Shown here: positions 35,266 to 37,187 of the stretch, one piece after another
How positions within the stretch are numbered: position 1 is the stretch's first letter
Layout: every line of letters begins with the position of its first letter
Source of the DNA: Octopus bimaculoides
Lineage: Eukaryota
Direction: 5' to 3'
Assembly: GCF_001194135.2 (NCBI RefSeq)
Contig: NC_068982.1
Span: 23,162,451-23,199,637 of the forward strand
DNA length: 37,187 nt
The notes under the pieces: generated by a model
Told to the model about the DNA's origin: nothing
The model's input: the letters and a program-made list of their open reading frames with translations, nothing else
The model's database searches: none
Position numbers and translations under genes: made by a program

Positions 35266-35439
35266 TAATATTATCATCATCATCATCTTTATTATTATTA
35301 TTATTATTATTATTGAGTAATATTGGTGAAGCATTGTGTAATATTCCATTAAAGACTTGTTGGGCAAATCCGGAACATTGCGAGAAGATATGAATTAAAT
35401 TGCAAAAAGATAACAAAGAAGAAAGCAAAGTTGGAGTAT

Positions 35440-35620
35440 TACCTTACGTTTCTAGATTTCAGGGCTATGTTCTGTTATTTTCCTAGTGTATTTTATATCT
35501 TCTTGCACTGTCCAGGCCTCATCTACCAAGGCTTTTTGTTGACTCTGTGTTGGCAAGGTGGTAGTTTAGCCCTGCAGTTATTTTTTCAATGGCTATTAGA
35601 TACAATATGCTTCCCATTCT
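35440..35620 (-). mobile_element. Possible decayed R4/Dong C-terminal fragment
   Basis: Minus frame LVDEAWTVQEDIKYTRKITEHSPEI*KRKVI loosely resembles IVGALG.....KY..KIPG....EIQK...RKVL; an (AAT)n on the same strand lies ~125 nt downstream. Weak, orientation ambiguous. Confidence 0.3.
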
Positions 35621-36002
35621 GCTGTCCCTCGTTGTAAATATTGCTTACCATCCAGAATTAAGATTGACGAAAATGTTACAACCTTGTTTTATCTTGGACG
35701 CCAACAAGATTTTGCTGACTTTAACTCTCAAACCATTAAACAATTCACACTTTTAGTAATTGAAAGTTCAGCAATCCGTACTTCAACAATTTCCGGTCTT
35801 CAGAAATTTGATGCATTCTGAATTTTCATTTATAAGAATATAATTATCTCCTTAAAAAAGCAACAATAGATGGATATATAATGACGTTCAAGGTAAACAT
35901 TATATCTATGAACATATACACACAGACTAGAAGAGATCTGAATTTTTCACATGACTATGTTTATCCTGATATTTCTATTAATTCGTGCACAATTTATATA
36001 TT

Positions 36003-36755
36003 TCTTTTATTCTTTTATTCTTCTCTTTTACTTGCTTCAGTAATTTGACTGCAGCCATGCTGGAGCACACCGCCATAGGATTTTAATCGGAGAAATCGAC
36101 CCCCAGGACTTATTGCTTGTAAGACTAATACTTATTCTATCGGGCTCTTTTATCGAACATATCAACGTCGGTTCGCAAGCGATGATAAGGGGACAAACAC
36201 GGACACGAAGGCACACTCTCACACATAAATGATACATGCGCATACACACACACACGCACACACACACAAACACAAACACACAAATAAACAAACACACACA
36301 CACGCACACACACACACACACGAAGGGCTTCTTTCAGTTTCTTATTTCTTGTTTCTTTATTGCCCACAAGGGGATAAACATAGAGGAGACAAACAAGGAC
36401 AGACAAAGGGATTAATTCGGTTACATCGACCCCAGTGCGTAACTGGTACTTAATTTATCGACCACGAAAGGATGAAAGGCAACGTCGACCTCGGCGGAAT
36501 TTGAACTCAAAACTTAACGGCAGACGAAATACCGCAAAGCATTTCGCCCGGCGTGCTAACGTTTCTGGCAGCTCGCTGCCTTTCAGTTTCTGTCAGGGCT
36601 TCTTTCAGTTTCTGCCTACCAAATCCACTCACAATGCATTGGTCGGTCCGAAGCTACAGCACAAGACACTTGTCCACGGTGCGACACAATGAATCTCAAC
36701 CCGAAGCCATGTGGTTGTGAAGCAAGCTTCTTATCACAGAGACACACTTGAGCCT
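36003..36755 (-). mobile_element. SINE-B, full length, interrupted by SINE-A
   Basis: (TTTTATTC)-type tail, ttgactgcagccatgctggagcac, atcgacccccaggactt, CA tract, gggcttctttcagtttc | insertion | ctaccaaatccactcacaa...aagacacttgtcc...agcaagcttcttatcac head. Confidence 0.9.
36342..36581 (-). mobile_element. SINE-A, full length, tail type 1, nested
   Basis: Close match to 2956-3191 and to the reverse complement of 25014-25237; flanked by tttcagtttct (36332-42, 36581-91). Confidence 0.93.
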
Positions 36756-36784
36756 ATCTATCTATATCAATATATATAAAACTG

Positions 36785-37093
36785 ATACTCCGTCGGTTGC
36801 AACAAACAGGGTTCCAGTTGTTCCTATCAAGAGAGCAGCTTGCTCTTGCACCTTAATTAACGTAGAAGTTGCTCAGCCCTCCACAAATACGAATAAACTT
36901 AAAATAATTCTCAGGGAGATTCAACGTGAGAAGGCAAGCATTTTGAATTACAGGTACAACTAATTTTCGCCAGGTGAGTGTACTGGAGAAATGCGAAAGA
37001 AAGCTTTTTGCTCAAGGACACAACGCGTCACCGGGAATTGAACTAACGATTTTACGGTCATAAGCCGAATATCTAAACCACTGAGCCATGCGC
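36785..37093 (-). mobile_element. SINE-C variant: different tRNA-like head, CORE-like centre, same tail as 11010
   Basis: Sense strand: A box tggctcagtgg (37078-88), B box gttcaattccc (37033-43), tgtgtccttgagcaa, then ttgtacctgtaattcaaa...gaatctccctgagaa...caactggaaccct...caaccgacggagt. Confidence 0.85.
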
Positions 37094-37187
37094 AAACTAA
37101 TACATCCATTTGTTGTTTACACCACCTGTCTTCGTCTGTTGTTTTTTCGTAAATTCTCCCATATATATATATATATATATATATATA

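Noticed and set aside
35330-35400. Hairpin gacttg[ttggg]caaatc as a fifth R4 3'UTR stem-loop
   Set aside because: It fits the motif on the plus strand, whereas the adjacent protein similarity and AAT tail point to the minus strand; orientation unresolved, so not counted.
37105-37187. Start of another interspersed repeat ending in (AT)n
   Set aside because: Looks familiar but is cut by the window edge and cannot be classified.

Overview
Eukaryotic, AT-rich, gene-poor DNA packed with microsatellites and retroposons, with six N-gaps that mostly abut dinucleotide tracts. The SINE sequences and repeat landscape look like an Octopus genome (recognition from memory, not a database result). No intact protein-coding gene, rRNA, true tRNA, CRISPR array or TnpB/Fanzor ORF could be supported; almost all listed ORFs are microsatellite or N-gap artefacts. 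Supported content: (i) four 5'-truncated R4/Dong-clade restriction-like-endonuclease (RLE) non-LTR retrotransposon copies with unrelated-looking 3'UTRs, all embedded in (AAT)n arrays in the same polarity, plus one internal RT fragment and one doubtful minus-strand fragment; (ii) a decayed Hero-type RLE element, a decayed Penelope (RT + GIY-YIG) element and an RTE RT fragment; (iii) about 25 tRNA-derived SINE copies in three families (working names SINE-A, SINE-B CORE-like, SINE-C), with four SINE-in-SINE nests; (iv) a MITE with perfect 32-bp TIRs and a ~195-bp near-loopless palindrome; (v) a few candidate exons. Best leads: a 3'UTR stem-loop with a 5-nt loop conserved in position and pairing (with compensatory changes) across four divergent AAT-embedded R4/Dong copies, and repeated insertion of SINE-A at the same site of SINE-B.
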